Assembly: GCA_902559415.1 (NCBI GenBank)
Contig: CACEHW010000001.1
Location: forward strand, 45,382 to 109,381
DNA length: 64,000 nucleotides
DNA from: an uncultured Fidelibacterota bacterium
Lineage (GTDB): Bacteria > Fidelibacterota > Marinisomatia > Marinisomatales > UBA1611
Direction: 5' to 3'
Each line of letters begins with the position of its first letter. Position 1 is the first letter of the stretch. The translations under genes were made by a program, and so were the position numbers. Below are positions 38,754 through 47,850 of the stretch, piece by piece. The notes below the pieces were generated by a model. It was given only the letters and a program-made list of their open reading frames with translations. It made no database searches and had not been told where the DNA came from.

Positions 38754-39155
38754 ATGGGTATTTTTAATTTTAATAATATTGAAATTGCACAGATTTTTGT
38801 ATCTATATTTTTTTCAATTGTTTTTTTTCAGTCGAGCCTTGATAAAATAAACGATAGGCAAGGGAATTTGATATTTTTTAATCAGCATTTTAAAGGGACT
38901 ATCTTTCAAAATTATACTTCAATATCTCTTACTTTCTTGGCATTATTAGAAATTTTTTCCGCATTTTTGTGCTTTTTAGGTGTTTTTTACAAAATTTTAT
39001 ATTTTGATTCGATTTTTATTTTTTATGGTTTATTAATGAGTGCTATTGTTTTGCTATCATTATTACTAGGACAGCGAATGGCGAAGGATTATGTTGGTGC
39101 TGCAGATATCACCATTTATTTTATTTTATGCATTATAACAATTTTGAGTTTTTAA
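38754..39155 (+). CDS. Small 4-TM membrane protein, unknown function (possibly DoxX-like)
   Basis: 133 aa with four hydrophobic helices. LLGQRMAKDYVGAA is reminiscent of DoxX-like families, but this is a weak call. Confidence 0.4.
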   Translation: MGIFNFNNIEIAQIFVSIFFSIVFFQSSLDKINDRQGNLIFFNQHFKGTIFQNYTSISLTFLALLEIFSAFLCFLGVFYKILYFDSIFIFYGLLMSAIVLLSLLLGQRMAKDYVGAADITIYFILCIITILSF

Positions 39156-39171
39156 ATGAAGGATAAGAGTT

Positions 39172-40515
39172 ATGAATAAATCTATTACGAAAAAAATGAT
39201 TAATAATTATCAAGAAGAATTTGATAATGATATAAAATTAAAGATTTCTAGAAATGCTGCAACCCATAATGAAATTACTGATTTAGCAATGGATTGGGAT
39301 GAGTTCAGGAAGATTGACCATTCATTTTCAGAGATAATTACTGGTGAAATGAAAATAACTAATCAGAAGTCAAGCGGTAGATGCTGGGGGTTTGCGGGGT
39401 TGAATCTTTTTAGAGTTTATCTTGGTAGGAAGCATAACATTCGTAATTTTGAATTTTCTCAAACATATTTTATGTTTTGGGATAAATTAGAAAAATCAAA
39501 TTATTTTTTAAATAGTATCATCGGTACTGCTGATAGCTCATGGAATAGTCGGATAATTATGCATCTTTTAGAAAACCCGATACAAGATGGTGGGCAGTGG
39601 GATATGTGGGTGAATCTAATTAATAAGTATGGAGTTATCCCAAAATCTGAAATGCCTGAAACTTATCAATCTAGTCGTTCTATGAGAATGAATAGGATGA
39701 TCACTGGAAAGCTTCGAGAATTTGCAAAAGAATTAAGAGATTCTATTAAAAATAATATTAGTGTTGAAGACTTATATAATATGAAAAATGATATGCTAAA
39801 TGTTGTTTATAAAATGTTAGTTATACATTTGGGCACCCCTCCCAATAAATTTACTTGGCAAATTAGGGATAAAAAGAAAAAATTTCTTCGGTTTGAGGAT
39901 CTAACTCCTCAAGACTTTTTTAAAAAGCATGTAGATCTTAATCTCAATGATTTAGTGTGTTTAATTAATTGTCCTATGTCAGATAAATCATATAAAAAAG
40001 TTTACAGTGTTGAGCATCTTGGGAATGTTGTTGAAGGTCAACCAATTAGATATTTAAATACTAAAATTGAAGTATTAAAAAAAGCAGCTGTTCAATCAAT
40101 AAAAAACGACGATCCTGTATGGTTTGGATGTGATGTTGGTAAATACTTACATCGATCTCATGGTGTGATGGATACTGATTTATTTGATTTTGGTTTATTT
40201 TATGGAACAAAATTTACAATGGATAAAGCAACGCGATTGGAGTATGGTGAAAGTAAAATGACACATGCCATGTTATTTACAGGTGTTGATTTAGATTTAA
40301 ATGGTAAGCCAATCAAATGGAGGGTTGAAAATAGTTGGGGTGATCGAAACGGAGAAAAAGGGTTTTATATAATGTCAGATAAATGGTTTGATGAGTATTT
40401 ATATGAAGTCGTTGTAGATAAAAAATATTTAGATGATGAATATGTAAGATTATTTGAAGAGCAAGAAGCTCAACTATTACCACCGTGGGATCCGATGGGA
40501 GCTCTAGCAAGATAG
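39172..40515 (+). CDS. pepC: Aminopeptidase C / bleomycin hydrolase family cysteine peptidase (C1B)
   Basis: Catalytic Cys block QKSSGRCWGFAGLN, His block THAMLFTGVD and Asn block VENSWG. 447 aa. Confidence 0.85.
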   Translation: MNKSITKKMINNYQEEFDNDIKLKISRNAATHNEITDLAMDWDEFRKIDHSFSEIITGEMKITNQKSSGRCWGFAGLNLFRVYLGRKHNIRNFEFSQTYFMFWDKLEKSNYFLNSIIGTADSSWNSRIIMHLLENPIQDGGQWDMWVNLINKYGVIPKSEMPETYQSSRSMRMNRMITGKLREFAKELRDSIKNNISVEDLYNMKNDMLNVVYKMLVIHLGTPPNKFTWQIRDKKKKFLRFEDLTPQDFFKKHVDLNLNDLVCLINCPMSDKSYKKVYSVEHLGNVVEGQPIRYLNTKIEVLKKAAVQSIKNDDPVWFGCDVGKYLHRSHGVMDTDLFDFGLFYGTKFTMDKATRLEYGESKMTHAMLFTGVDLDLNGKPIKWRVENSWGDRNGEKGFYIMSDKWFDEYLYEVVVDKKYLDDEYVRLFEEQEAQLLPPWDPMGALAR

Positions 40516-40524
40516 AAATAAATT

Positions 40525-42405
40525 ATGGATGCAAAAATATATTGGTTACTTGCATTTGTGGGCCTCTATTGGTCTTACTGTATATTTTGGGGCATCAAAG
40601 GAGCAATTACATCTAAAACATCTGACGATTATTTTATTGCAGGTAGATCAATAGGTACTTGGGTTTTTGTTCTCGCGGCAACTGCTACTAGTTTTTCTGG
40701 GTGGACATTTGTTGGACATCCTGGTAAAATTTTAACTGATGGTTTGCCTTATGCATTTGCCTCATTTTACGCATTAACAATACCATTTACTGGCGTCCTT
40801 TTTTTAAGAAGACAGTGGGTTCTTGGAAGAGTTTATAATTACGTTACTCCTGGGGAAATGTATTCTGACTATTATGGTGGTAATTTAATAAGAGGCTTGA
40901 CAGTTTTAGTTGCGTTCCTTTTTTCCGTACCATATCTAGGCATTCAACTTCGAGCATCTGGAGCATTATTCAATGTTCTTACTGATGGTTTAATCTCAAC
41001 TAATTTAGGTATGATATTATTATCTACAGTAGTTGTTATTTATGTTGCTTCAGGAGGATTGAGATCGGTTGCTTATGTTGACTGCGCTCAGGCAATTTTG
41101 CTGGCTTTGGGTATAGTAGTTCTTGGAATTATTACGATAAAATGGATTGGTGGGTGGAATTTATTCACTGAAGGACTTGGCGTTTTAGTTAAAAATGATT
41201 TAATTAGTGGTAATCGCTTAACATTAGAGGGTTTTTCAAATAGAGTGGCAATGCCAGGCTCCATTCAAATTGTTTCATCAGGTTCAAATGCAATTGGTGG
41301 TGTTTGGACAGGTATGATGTGTATGACATATATGTTCGCTTTAATGGGTATACAATCTTCACCGGCTTTCTCAATGTGGGCGTATGCAAATAAAACCTCT
41401 GAGCCTTTTCGTTGGCAACAAGTAGTCGCATCTTCAATTGTCATAGGTATAATTTTATTTACATTTACAATCATTCAAGGGATGGGGGCAGATGTGTTGG
41501 TTTTAAATGGAGTATTTGAAACTATATCTGACAGTACTTTAGTACCTAAACTCATTAATTTAATGTCCCAGTCAGCACCCTGGTTAGTAGGATTATTAGC
41601 TGTTTGTGCTCTTGCAGCCATGCAGAGTACCGGTTCGGCCTATATGTCTACTTTCAGTGCAATGATAACTAGAGACATATATAAAAATTATATTGATGAA
41701 GAAGTGAGCGAACATAAACAAAAGTTTATAGGACGCTTATTTGTAGTTGTTGTAGCAGCCGCGGCATTAGTTGTTGCAATTATTTCAACAGACGCATTAG
41801 TAATGCTAGGAGGTTTAGCAGTAGCTTATGGATTTCAAATGTATCCAGCTCTTTTTGGGAATCTTTATTGTAAATGGATTTCTCGAGTAGGGGTCACTAT
41901 AGGTTTAATTGCTGGGCTTCTTGCTGTTACCTTAACAGATAAAATGTCTAGTTTATTTTCCTTACCATGGGGAGCTTACCCTCTCACTATACATTCTGCA
42001 GGGTGGGGGATTTTTTTTAATATAATTTTTACTTGTTTTGGTTCTTATTTTTTCCCAGATAGTAATCAAAGGAATGATAACAAAGAAAAAAGACATGCAT
42101 TTTTATCTGAAGTGGCTGGTATACCAAAGTCAAAGAAAAAATTAATTCCTTTGGCATATGGTTTAGTTTTAGTTTGGTTCTTATTTGGTTTTGGCCCTTT
42201 TGCTATGATTGGTAATACTTTATTTTCTGATCCAAACATACCTGCTACTTGGACGCCATTTAATCTGCCATCAATATGGATCTGGCAATTAGTATTTTTA
42301 TTTTTTGGAATATTTGTGATGTGGTTTTTAGCTTTTTATATGGGGTTTTCACAGCCTATTTCTTCAAAAAAGTTAGAGCAAACTTTTAAAAATTATTTTA
42401 AGTAA
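40525..42405 (+). CDS. Sodium:solute symporter (SSS) family transporter
   Basis: 626 aa with about 14-15 TM helices. The N-terminal pattern DDYFIAGRSIGTWVFVLAATATSFSGWTFVG is typical of SSS. The substrate cannot be inferred. Confidence 0.75.
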   Translation: MDAKIYWLLAFVGLYWSYCIFWGIKGAITSKTSDDYFIAGRSIGTWVFVLAATATSFSGWTFVGHPGKILTDGLPYAFASFYALTIPFTGVLFLRRQWVLGRVYNYVTPGEMYSDYYGGNLIRGLTVLVAFLFSVPYLGIQLRASGALFNVLTDGLISTNLGMILLSTVVVIYVASGGLRSVAYVDCAQAILLALGIVVLGIITIKWIGGWNLFTEGLGVLVKNDLISGNRLTLEGFSNRVAMPGSIQIVSSGSNAIGGVWTGMMCMTYMFALMGIQSSPAFSMWAYANKTSEPFRWQQVVASSIVIGIILFTFTIIQGMGADVLVLNGVFETISDSTLVPKLINLMSQSAPWLVGLLAVCALAAMQSTGSAYMSTFSAMITRDIYKNYIDEEVSEHKQKFIGRLFVVVVAAAALVVAIISTDALVMLGGLAVAYGFQMYPALFGNLYCKWISRVGVTIGLIAGLLAVTLTDKMSSLFSLPWGAYPLTIHSAGWGIFFNIIFTCFGSYFFPDSNQRNDNKEKRHAFLSEVAGIPKSKKKLIPLAYGLVLVWFLFGFGPFAMIGNTLFSDPNIPATWTPFNLPSIWIWQLVFLFFGIFVMWFLAFYMGFSQPISSKKLEQTFKNYFK

Positions 42406-42459
42406 AAGGGAATGACATTTTCTTTCATTCTGCATTAAAGAATAAATATATTTAGGCTA

Positions 42460-43848
42460 ATGGATACAAATAAAAATATTGAAGCTAACTCATCATCATT
42501 TGATGATATAGAAGAAAAGATACATGCTAATCAGGTCTTGTATGATCAGCTTCATCAATCTCTGGTAGACGAATCTATAGCTCAAGTAGATGAAGATGAA
42601 AGAAGTGGAAGACATAGTGCATCTGAAATAAGTGATACTGAAACAATTTTTTCTAGATTATCAAATTATTATCAAGCTAATGAATTATTCAGATATGCAA
42701 TTTGGGGCTTTGGTGCTGTATTTTTAGCAACAACTATTTTAACTATTATTGAATATCCTTTATTTAGTGGAAGTGTTAAGGACGATGTTGGTGATGGTTT
42801 TATGTTTGGCGGTAGTGAGCCGAATTGGCTAGATACATTTTTTCATACTTTTTGGTGGGCAGTAGTAACCTTTACTACGGTGGGTTATGGAGATGTAAGC
42901 CCTGAGACACATTTAGGAAAGTTTTTAACTATAATTATAATGATTTTAAATCTAGGCATTGTAACAATGCTTACAGGTGCTGTTTCTTCTGTTTTAGTAG
43001 CAGCACGTTTGAAAGGAGATGATAAATTGGATGAAACTAAATTTCATGGGCATTTGATTATAGCCGGATGGAATCCAGCAGTACAATCAGCGCTAAGATT
43101 GGTTGAGGCAAATGAGGATTCTACTTCTGTTGTAATTTTAATTAATGAGACTGAAGAAGAAATAATTAAAAGAGCCATTTCTGGTTTTGACAGGTTAGAT
43201 ATAACACATTTATCTGAGAATTTTACTCAAGAGGGTGTGCTAAAAAAAGCATATATAGAAGAGTGCGGGACTTTCATGATAGTACCAGATGAGTCTGGAT
43301 TACTCCCAAATGAAAAGCCAGATGAAGATAAAACGGTATTAACAGCTCTCACTGCAAAATCTATACTAGAGGATATTCAGGTTGTAGCATATATTTTAGA
43401 TGAAGAGTACATTTCTCATTTGCATAGAGCAAATGTAAATGAAATTGTTTTTCCTGATGAACATATACCACATATGTTAGCTAAGCATGTTACTGATCCA
43501 GGCGTACCACAACTTTTCGATGAACTTATTACACAAGAAAAGCAAGATAAAGGTATTCAGGTCGTACCTATTCCTAAAGGGTTAGTTGGCTTAACCCACA
43601 ATAAAGTTTCAGCATATTATAAATTCAAGCATAAATGGTTATTAGTTGGTTATGCAATTAAGAAAGCAGGATTCAGTTTAGAAGATCAAATGGGTGAGAG
43701 TGGTAGTCCAATTATTAGAGATATGATCAAAGAACAGTTAGATGGTGCAGGAATAAAGTTGTCAAGTGATGAACATGTAATTGTTGAGATAAACCCTGAT
43801 GATGAATATGTTATCGATGGTAAACATAAAGCTTTAGTATTGAGGTAA
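42460..43848 (+). CDS. Two-TM K+ channel with a C-terminal RCK/TrkA-N-like domain
   Basis: The selectivity filter TTVGYGD (nt 42874-42894) lies between two TM helices. It is followed by the Rossmann-like HLIIAGWNPAVQSALRLV. The acidic N-terminal region is ~90 aa. Confidence 0.8.
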   Translation: MDTNKNIEANSSSFDDIEEKIHANQVLYDQLHQSLVDESIAQVDEDERSGRHSASEISDTETIFSRLSNYYQANELFRYAIWGFGAVFLATTILTIIEYPLFSGSVKDDVGDGFMFGGSEPNWLDTFFHTFWWAVVTFTTVGYGDVSPETHLGKFLTIIIMILNLGIVTMLTGAVSSVLVAARLKGDDKLDETKFHGHLIIAGWNPAVQSALRLVEANEDSTSVVILINETEEEIIKRAISGFDRLDITHLSENFTQEGVLKKAYIEECGTFMIVPDESGLLPNEKPDEDKTVLTALTAKSILEDIQVVAYILDEEYISHLHRANVNEIVFPDEHIPHMLAKHVTDPGVPQLFDELITQEKQDKGIQVVPIPKGLVGLTHNKVSAYYKFKHKWLLVGYAIKKAGFSLEDQMGESGSPIIRDMIKEQLDGAGIKLSSDEHVIVEINPDDEYVIDGKHKALVLR

Positions 43849-43852
43849 AATT

Positions 43853-44416
43853 ATGAGTGTTAGCGCTAGTCAAATACAAAAAATAAATTATTTTAGTAAA
43901 GTGCCTGAAAAACTTTGCTCTGAGATTGCAGAGGCAGTAATTGAAGAAAAATGTTCTCCGGGGACTGTTTTACTTAAGGAAGGTGAAGCAGGAGATACAA
44001 TGCTTTTAATTTTTCAAGGTCAAGTTGAAGTATCTAAAAATATGATGGTTAAAGCTTCTAGTGGATTTACTATGTCAACTAAGTCAATAATAAGATTAGA
44101 GACAACAGATCCAGCTCCATCAAATGACCCAATTACTCAACCAACTGTATCAGTAGTGAAGGCACCTGCTTTTGGCATCGGAGAATTTTCTTTAGTTCTT
44201 GATGACGCTAAGCGCACATCCCATGTTACGGCAATGACAGACGTAAAGTATGGAATTTTAAGTTTAGAGCATTTTTCAAGGATTGTAGATAAAAATCCTT
44301 CTATTGGGGGAACAGTCTATTTTGAGGTAGCAAAATCAGCAGTTAATAATTTAGCAACTGCTACTCAAGATATATCCAATTTGACACAGGCATTCTTTTT
44401 TGCTTTGACCAAATAA
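43853..44416 (+). CDS. Stand-alone cyclic-nucleotide-binding (CNB) domain protein
   Basis: 187 aa. GTVLLKEGEAGDTMLLIFQGQVEV is followed by a phosphate-binding-cassette-like FGIGEFSLVLDDAKRTSHVTAMTD, with the G-E and R-T pairs retained. It starts 4 nt after the channel gene stop. Confidence 0.7.
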   Translation: MSVSASQIQKINYFSKVPEKLCSEIAEAVIEEKCSPGTVLLKEGEAGDTMLLIFQGQVEVSKNMMVKASSGFTMSTKSIIRLETTDPAPSNDPITQPTVSVVKAPAFGIGEFSLVLDDAKRTSHVTAMTDVKYGILSLEHFSRIVDKNPSIGGTVYFEVAKSAVNNLATATQDISNLTQAFFFALTK

Positions 44417-44419
44417 TAT

Positions 44420-46222
44420 CTACTTTATAAAAAACGTCTTTCTCCTAGTATTTATTTTTTCTTCAAGATCAATTATTTTTTCTTTTTCTAACGGTGTTTT
44501 TTCTTCTTTAGAATTTAATTTATCCAATTCGAGTCTTAAAAATTGAACGTCACGATCAAGTTTTTCAAGTCTACTCTTCATTTGTTTCGATAATATCTTT
44601 TTAAAATCATCGATTTTATCACTGTCTGGAGAGTAGTAAATATTAGTATTCCCTCTATCTGTATCTTCCCAAAATGTTGGCCCACTGAATCTGATTCTAT
44701 TATATAGTCCCTCCATTAAATTCAGGTAGGTTTGATTATCAAAATAAGCAAGGTCATCAAGTACATCTGCGACAATAGTTTCTGCGAAATCAAAGTTTTC
44801 AATTTTTATATAATGAAGAGCTAAACCAATTTGCAATACTCGCACACCATTATTTACAGTCTGATCTAAATCATCTTTTGGATAATCTGGAGGATTATCA
44901 AGTTGTAAAATTTCTTTTAATAAATGTTCCTGCAGCTCAATATCCCAATTTTTTTCAGATATAAGGATGGATATCTTTTTTAGTTCAGTAGTTAAAACAT
45001 CTACAATAAAATATAGTGAAGGGTTGTTAGCTGCTTGTTTATAAATTTCATTACTATAAAATTTGAAATAGAAGTATCCCATTTTTAATAAATCAATTTT
45101 ATTTTTATCTACGTAGCCTTGTAACAAAGTAGAATAGTGGAATGCTAAATTGTATAAGTTTCTAGGTTCATTATTCTTCACTGCATGCTTTATTGCAAAT
45201 CTCATGAATGTATTAAATCTTATATTGATATCCGTTATTAAGTTATCTTGTTTAAGTTCTAAGGCTAAAAGCCCGACTGAGCTAATTTCATTAGCAATAA
45301 GTGACGCCAGTTCATATTCGCCATTTTCCATTTTTCTTATATATGCATTACCCATCATTTTAAAAGATTTTACCTCATAAAACGTTTTTCTATCTTCTAT
45401 ATCTTTATATTGATGCTCGATATATGTTCTGAAAGTTGGATTGTTTCTAATAGTATCTGTAGCAGTGAAAAATTTTGCGTCATAAGAGTCTTTGTTCATC
45501 ATATACACTCTCACAGTATCGCCAACTCTGCGAATAATTTCTGTCTGAGCTTCTTTGAAAGATATGTACTCAAGTAAATCATCGAATTGGTCTATTGTGG
45601 ACATTAGTTGATACTGATAATGTTCAATGACTTTAATATTATTCATTGTTAATTGGATGGGCTTTTGCTTTAATCTTTTAATATCAGAAATGTTTAACGA
45701 ATATAGTTTTTTAATAACATTATCTGTCTTGGAATAAAGCAAGATGTAAAATATATATGGCAATGATAAAATAGATGATAAAGGCAAGTAGATATAAGTA
45801 TTTAACATCACACTAGATAATCTATTCATTGGCTCAAAATAGTACATAATTATTGTCGAATGAATTGATGCAAGAATTAAGAACCATATAAAAATAAGAC
45901 TTATCCAATCCCTTACAAATAAATCCATTAGTTTTGGAGTAGATTCTGCTGCTATCGCAATAACAATTATTAATGTACCCAAAACCGTAGCTAATACTCC
46001 TCCCCATATTTCGGGAGCAAAAGTAAGATCTACAGCACCATGAGCATCTTTGTTAATATTAAAGAATTGCTCAAGTAATGAAATGATTTGTGGATAAAGC
46101 TGATGAAATAAAGAATCACTTATGAGGATGATGGATAATACGATTACCGATGAAGCTAGTGATCTGTTTTTATTTATCAGATTTAATATGCTTGCAAAAA
46201 ATATTGTAATATTATTGTTCAT
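44420..46222 (-). CDS. Membrane protein with a large helical cytoplasmic domain, function unknown (N-terminus DUF2254-like)
   Basis: 600 aa with four or five N-terminal TM helices. The segment IAIAAESTPKLMDLFVRD resembles the Q-x-SPR-x-x-x-F-x-x-D signature I recall for DUF2254. The ~420-aa helical domain ends in a coiled-coil-like tail. Confidence 0.4.
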   Translation of the reverse strand: MNNNITIFFASILNLINKNRSLASSVIVLSIILISDSLFHQLYPQIISLLEQFFNINKDAHGAVDLTFAPEIWGGVLATVLGTLIIVIAIAAESTPKLMDLFVRDWISLIFIWFLILASIHSTIIMYYFEPMNRLSSVMLNTYIYLPLSSILSLPYIFYILLYSKTDNVIKKLYSLNISDIKRLKQKPIQLTMNNIKVIEHYQYQLMSTIDQFDDLLEYISFKEAQTEIIRRVGDTVRVYMMNKDSYDAKFFTATDTIRNNPTFRTYIEHQYKDIEDRKTFYEVKSFKMMGNAYIRKMENGEYELASLIANEISSVGLLALELKQDNLITDINIRFNTFMRFAIKHAVKNNEPRNLYNLAFHYSTLLQGYVDKNKIDLLKMGYFYFKFYSNEIYKQAANNPSLYFIVDVLTTELKKISILISEKNWDIELQEHLLKEILQLDNPPDYPKDDLDQTVNNGVRVLQIGLALHYIKIENFDFAETIVADVLDDLAYFDNQTYLNLMEGLYNRIRFSGPTFWEDTDRGNTNIYYSPDSDKIDDFKKILSKQMKSRLEKLDRDVQFLRLELDKLNSKEEKTPLEKEKIIDLEEKINTRRKTFFIK

Positions 46223-46476
46223 GCTGATGTAAAGTAGTAAAACATTGTCAATGGAAACTACGATTTTGATATATGTTTTTCAATATTGAAGAAGATTTTA
46301 TATCTATATATTATTTAAAATCATATATGTGAGTTGAATCGGTTTTTATTGCTCTTTCACATAAACCGATGATAACTTCTAATTAGCTCCATTGAGTTTA
46401 GAGGTTCGTAGACTCATCATAGAGGAGTAATAGTAATTACGAACTATAAATGTAAATTAATTCTAACGAGGTAATT

Positions 46477-46908
46477 ATGTCAGATTGGACAAATAGTCAC
46501 GACTTAGTATATGCATTTGTTTGTGTTTCTTTTTTAGCAGATGGAGATGTTGACGAGTCTGAAAAAGAAGCAATGCGTGGCAATGTTAAGGTTATGCTTC
46601 CAGATATGGGGGATGATGAGTATCATCAAGTTGAAAAAGAAGTAATTGATAAATTTATTGCCCTTGGCGATGAAGCTTCTCGTTTTGATCAATATGGTTC
46701 TTCTCTCAGTGCAATCAAAGAAATGTTTTCTTCTGATGATGATCGTTATAAGGTAATTAAAAACCTTGCTTATATTGCTAGAGCTGATCAATTCATTCAT
46801 GAGAATGAAATGAAAATGATTGAGCAAGCAGTCAGCGATCTAGATATGGAAGATAAAGTTAGTTTGGTTAAAACTGAATCTACTCTTTTTGTTGATTTTA
46901 AAGGGTAA
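46477..46908 (+). CDS. TerB-like (tellurite-resistance TerB / DjlA-N fold) small acidic protein
   Basis: 143 aa. FLADGDVDESEKEAM and IARADQFIHENEMKMIEQ resemble the paired A-D-G ... E-x-E helices of TerB-family domains. GAGG lies 7 nt before the ATG. Weak call. Confidence 0.45.
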   Translation: MSDWTNSHDLVYAFVCVSFLADGDVDESEKEAMRGNVKVMLPDMGDDEYHQVEKEVIDKFIALGDEASRFDQYGSSLSAIKEMFSSDDDRYKVIKNLAYIARADQFIHENEMKMIEQAVSDLDMEDKVSLVKTESTLFVDFKG

Positions 46909-46928
46909 TTAATAAAAAAATATATTAC

Positions 46929-46962
46929 GATGCCTGGGTTTCTTCCAGGCATCGTTTTTATT
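46929..46962 (+). terminator. Rho-independent terminator of the TerB-like gene
   Basis: Perfect 9-bp stem GATGCCTGG / CCAGGCATC (46929-46937 and 46945-46953) with loop GTTTCTT, followed by GTTTTTATT. It lies 21 nt after the stop at 46908. Confidence 0.75.
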
Positions 46963-46977
46963 ATAATAGGAATAAAA

Positions 46978-47133
46978 ATGTCTGATAAAAGAACACATAG
47001 CGATGATAGACGAAGTGATGATCGCAGAAATACAGAACGAAGAGTAAATAATTTATCAGTTGAAACTGATAGAAGAGCTGAGGGCGATAGAAGGCAAGAT
47101 GAGCGCCGCTCTGAAAAAGACCGACGCTCTTAA
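46978..47133 (+). CDS. 51-aa (D/E)RR-repeat mini-protein, function unknown
   Basis: MSDKRTHSDDRRSDDRRNTERRVNNLSVETDRRAEGDRRQDERRSEKDRRS contains seven x-[DE]-R-R units. The track ORF starts at 46930, but its first 16 codons are the terminator hairpin. The ATG at 46978 is preceded by AGGAATAAAA. Expression is unproven. Confidence 0.4.
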   Translation: MSDKRTHSDDRRSDDRRNTERRVNNLSVETDRRAEGDRRQDERRSEKDRRS

Positions 47134-47146
47134 TATTAATTTCTAC

Positions 47147-47821
47147 TTAACAGTAGACCCTTTCCATTCCTGAGAGGAAGTTATTTAAAGAATGTAATGC
47201 AAGCTCGATGGCGTCGAGCGCTTCTTCCTTCTTTTTATCAGTATCACAAACATCACCAATTAAATCTTTAATAACTTGCCTATGAATGATATCCGCTGAT
47301 TGATGAACTTCAAAGAACTTTAATGTATCTTCGCCATTTTTAGCACCGTAGTATTTTTTCAAACCATCAATTTTATTTTCAGCAATTTCAGGAATCATAG
47401 ATTCGTAACAATAAAGAGCACTGAATCCAACATGGTAGCGTTCATCTTTTGATAGTTTCATAAAATTATTTACTAATTCTTCAGTTTCTTTAATCGCAAC
47501 AGTATCTTTTACATCTTTTCTCTTTTTACCCATGCCTTCTGCAAAACGCATCCATAATTCTGGATGGTTTTCTTCACCACGCTCTTCATCGATCAAGTTT
47601 TCTAGAATCTCTTGTCTTACAGATATATTATCACAGTTTGAGTGAATTGATGATAAGTATCTTGGGAAAGCAGAAACATGTTTAAAATATTGAGCAGCAT
47701 ATTCTTGAATGACAGACTTATCAAGTTCGCCAGCATTCCAAGCTTTATAAAATGAGTGATTTAATAAATGATGCTTTTCAATTTTATCTTCAACTATATT
47801 TAAAAATTCAGTTTTATTCAT
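47147..47821 (-). CDS. CADD (Chlamydia CT610)-type heme-oxygenase-like di-metal oxidase (PqqC/TenA superfamily)
   Basis: 224 aa, colinear by eye with CADD as I remember it. Shared blocks are HLLNHSFYKAWNAGEL, YFKHVSAFPRYLSSIHSNCD, NLIDEERGEENHPELW, ALYCYESMIPEIAENKI and FFEVHQSADIIH. The full E/H, E and H-x3-D-x2-H ligand set is present. Confidence 0.75.
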   Translation of the reverse strand: MNKTEFLNIVEDKIEKHHLLNHSFYKAWNAGELDKSVIQEYAAQYFKHVSAFPRYLSSIHSNCDNISVRQEILENLIDEERGEENHPELWMRFAEGMGKKRKDVKDTVAIKETEELVNNFMKLSKDERYHVGFSALYCYESMIPEIAENKIDGLKKYYGAKNGEDTLKFFEVHQSADIIHRQVIKDLIGDVCDTDKKKEEALDAIELALHSLNNFLSGMERVYC

Positions 47822-47850
47822 ACATTACTCCAAAGGTTTAATGATTTAAA

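Noticed and set aside
42406-42459. Terminator after the SSS transporter gene (GAATGA ... TCATTC)
   Set aside because: It has only a 6-bp AT-rich stem and no following T-tract, which is too weak to annotate.
46930-46977. N-terminal 16 codons (MPGFLPGIVFIIIGIK) of the 67-aa track ORF, which look like a TM helix
   Set aside because: The DNA here is a perfect 9-bp-stem intrinsic terminator plus T-tract for the upstream gene. The hydrophobic 'helix' is the translation of the hairpin and the poly-T.
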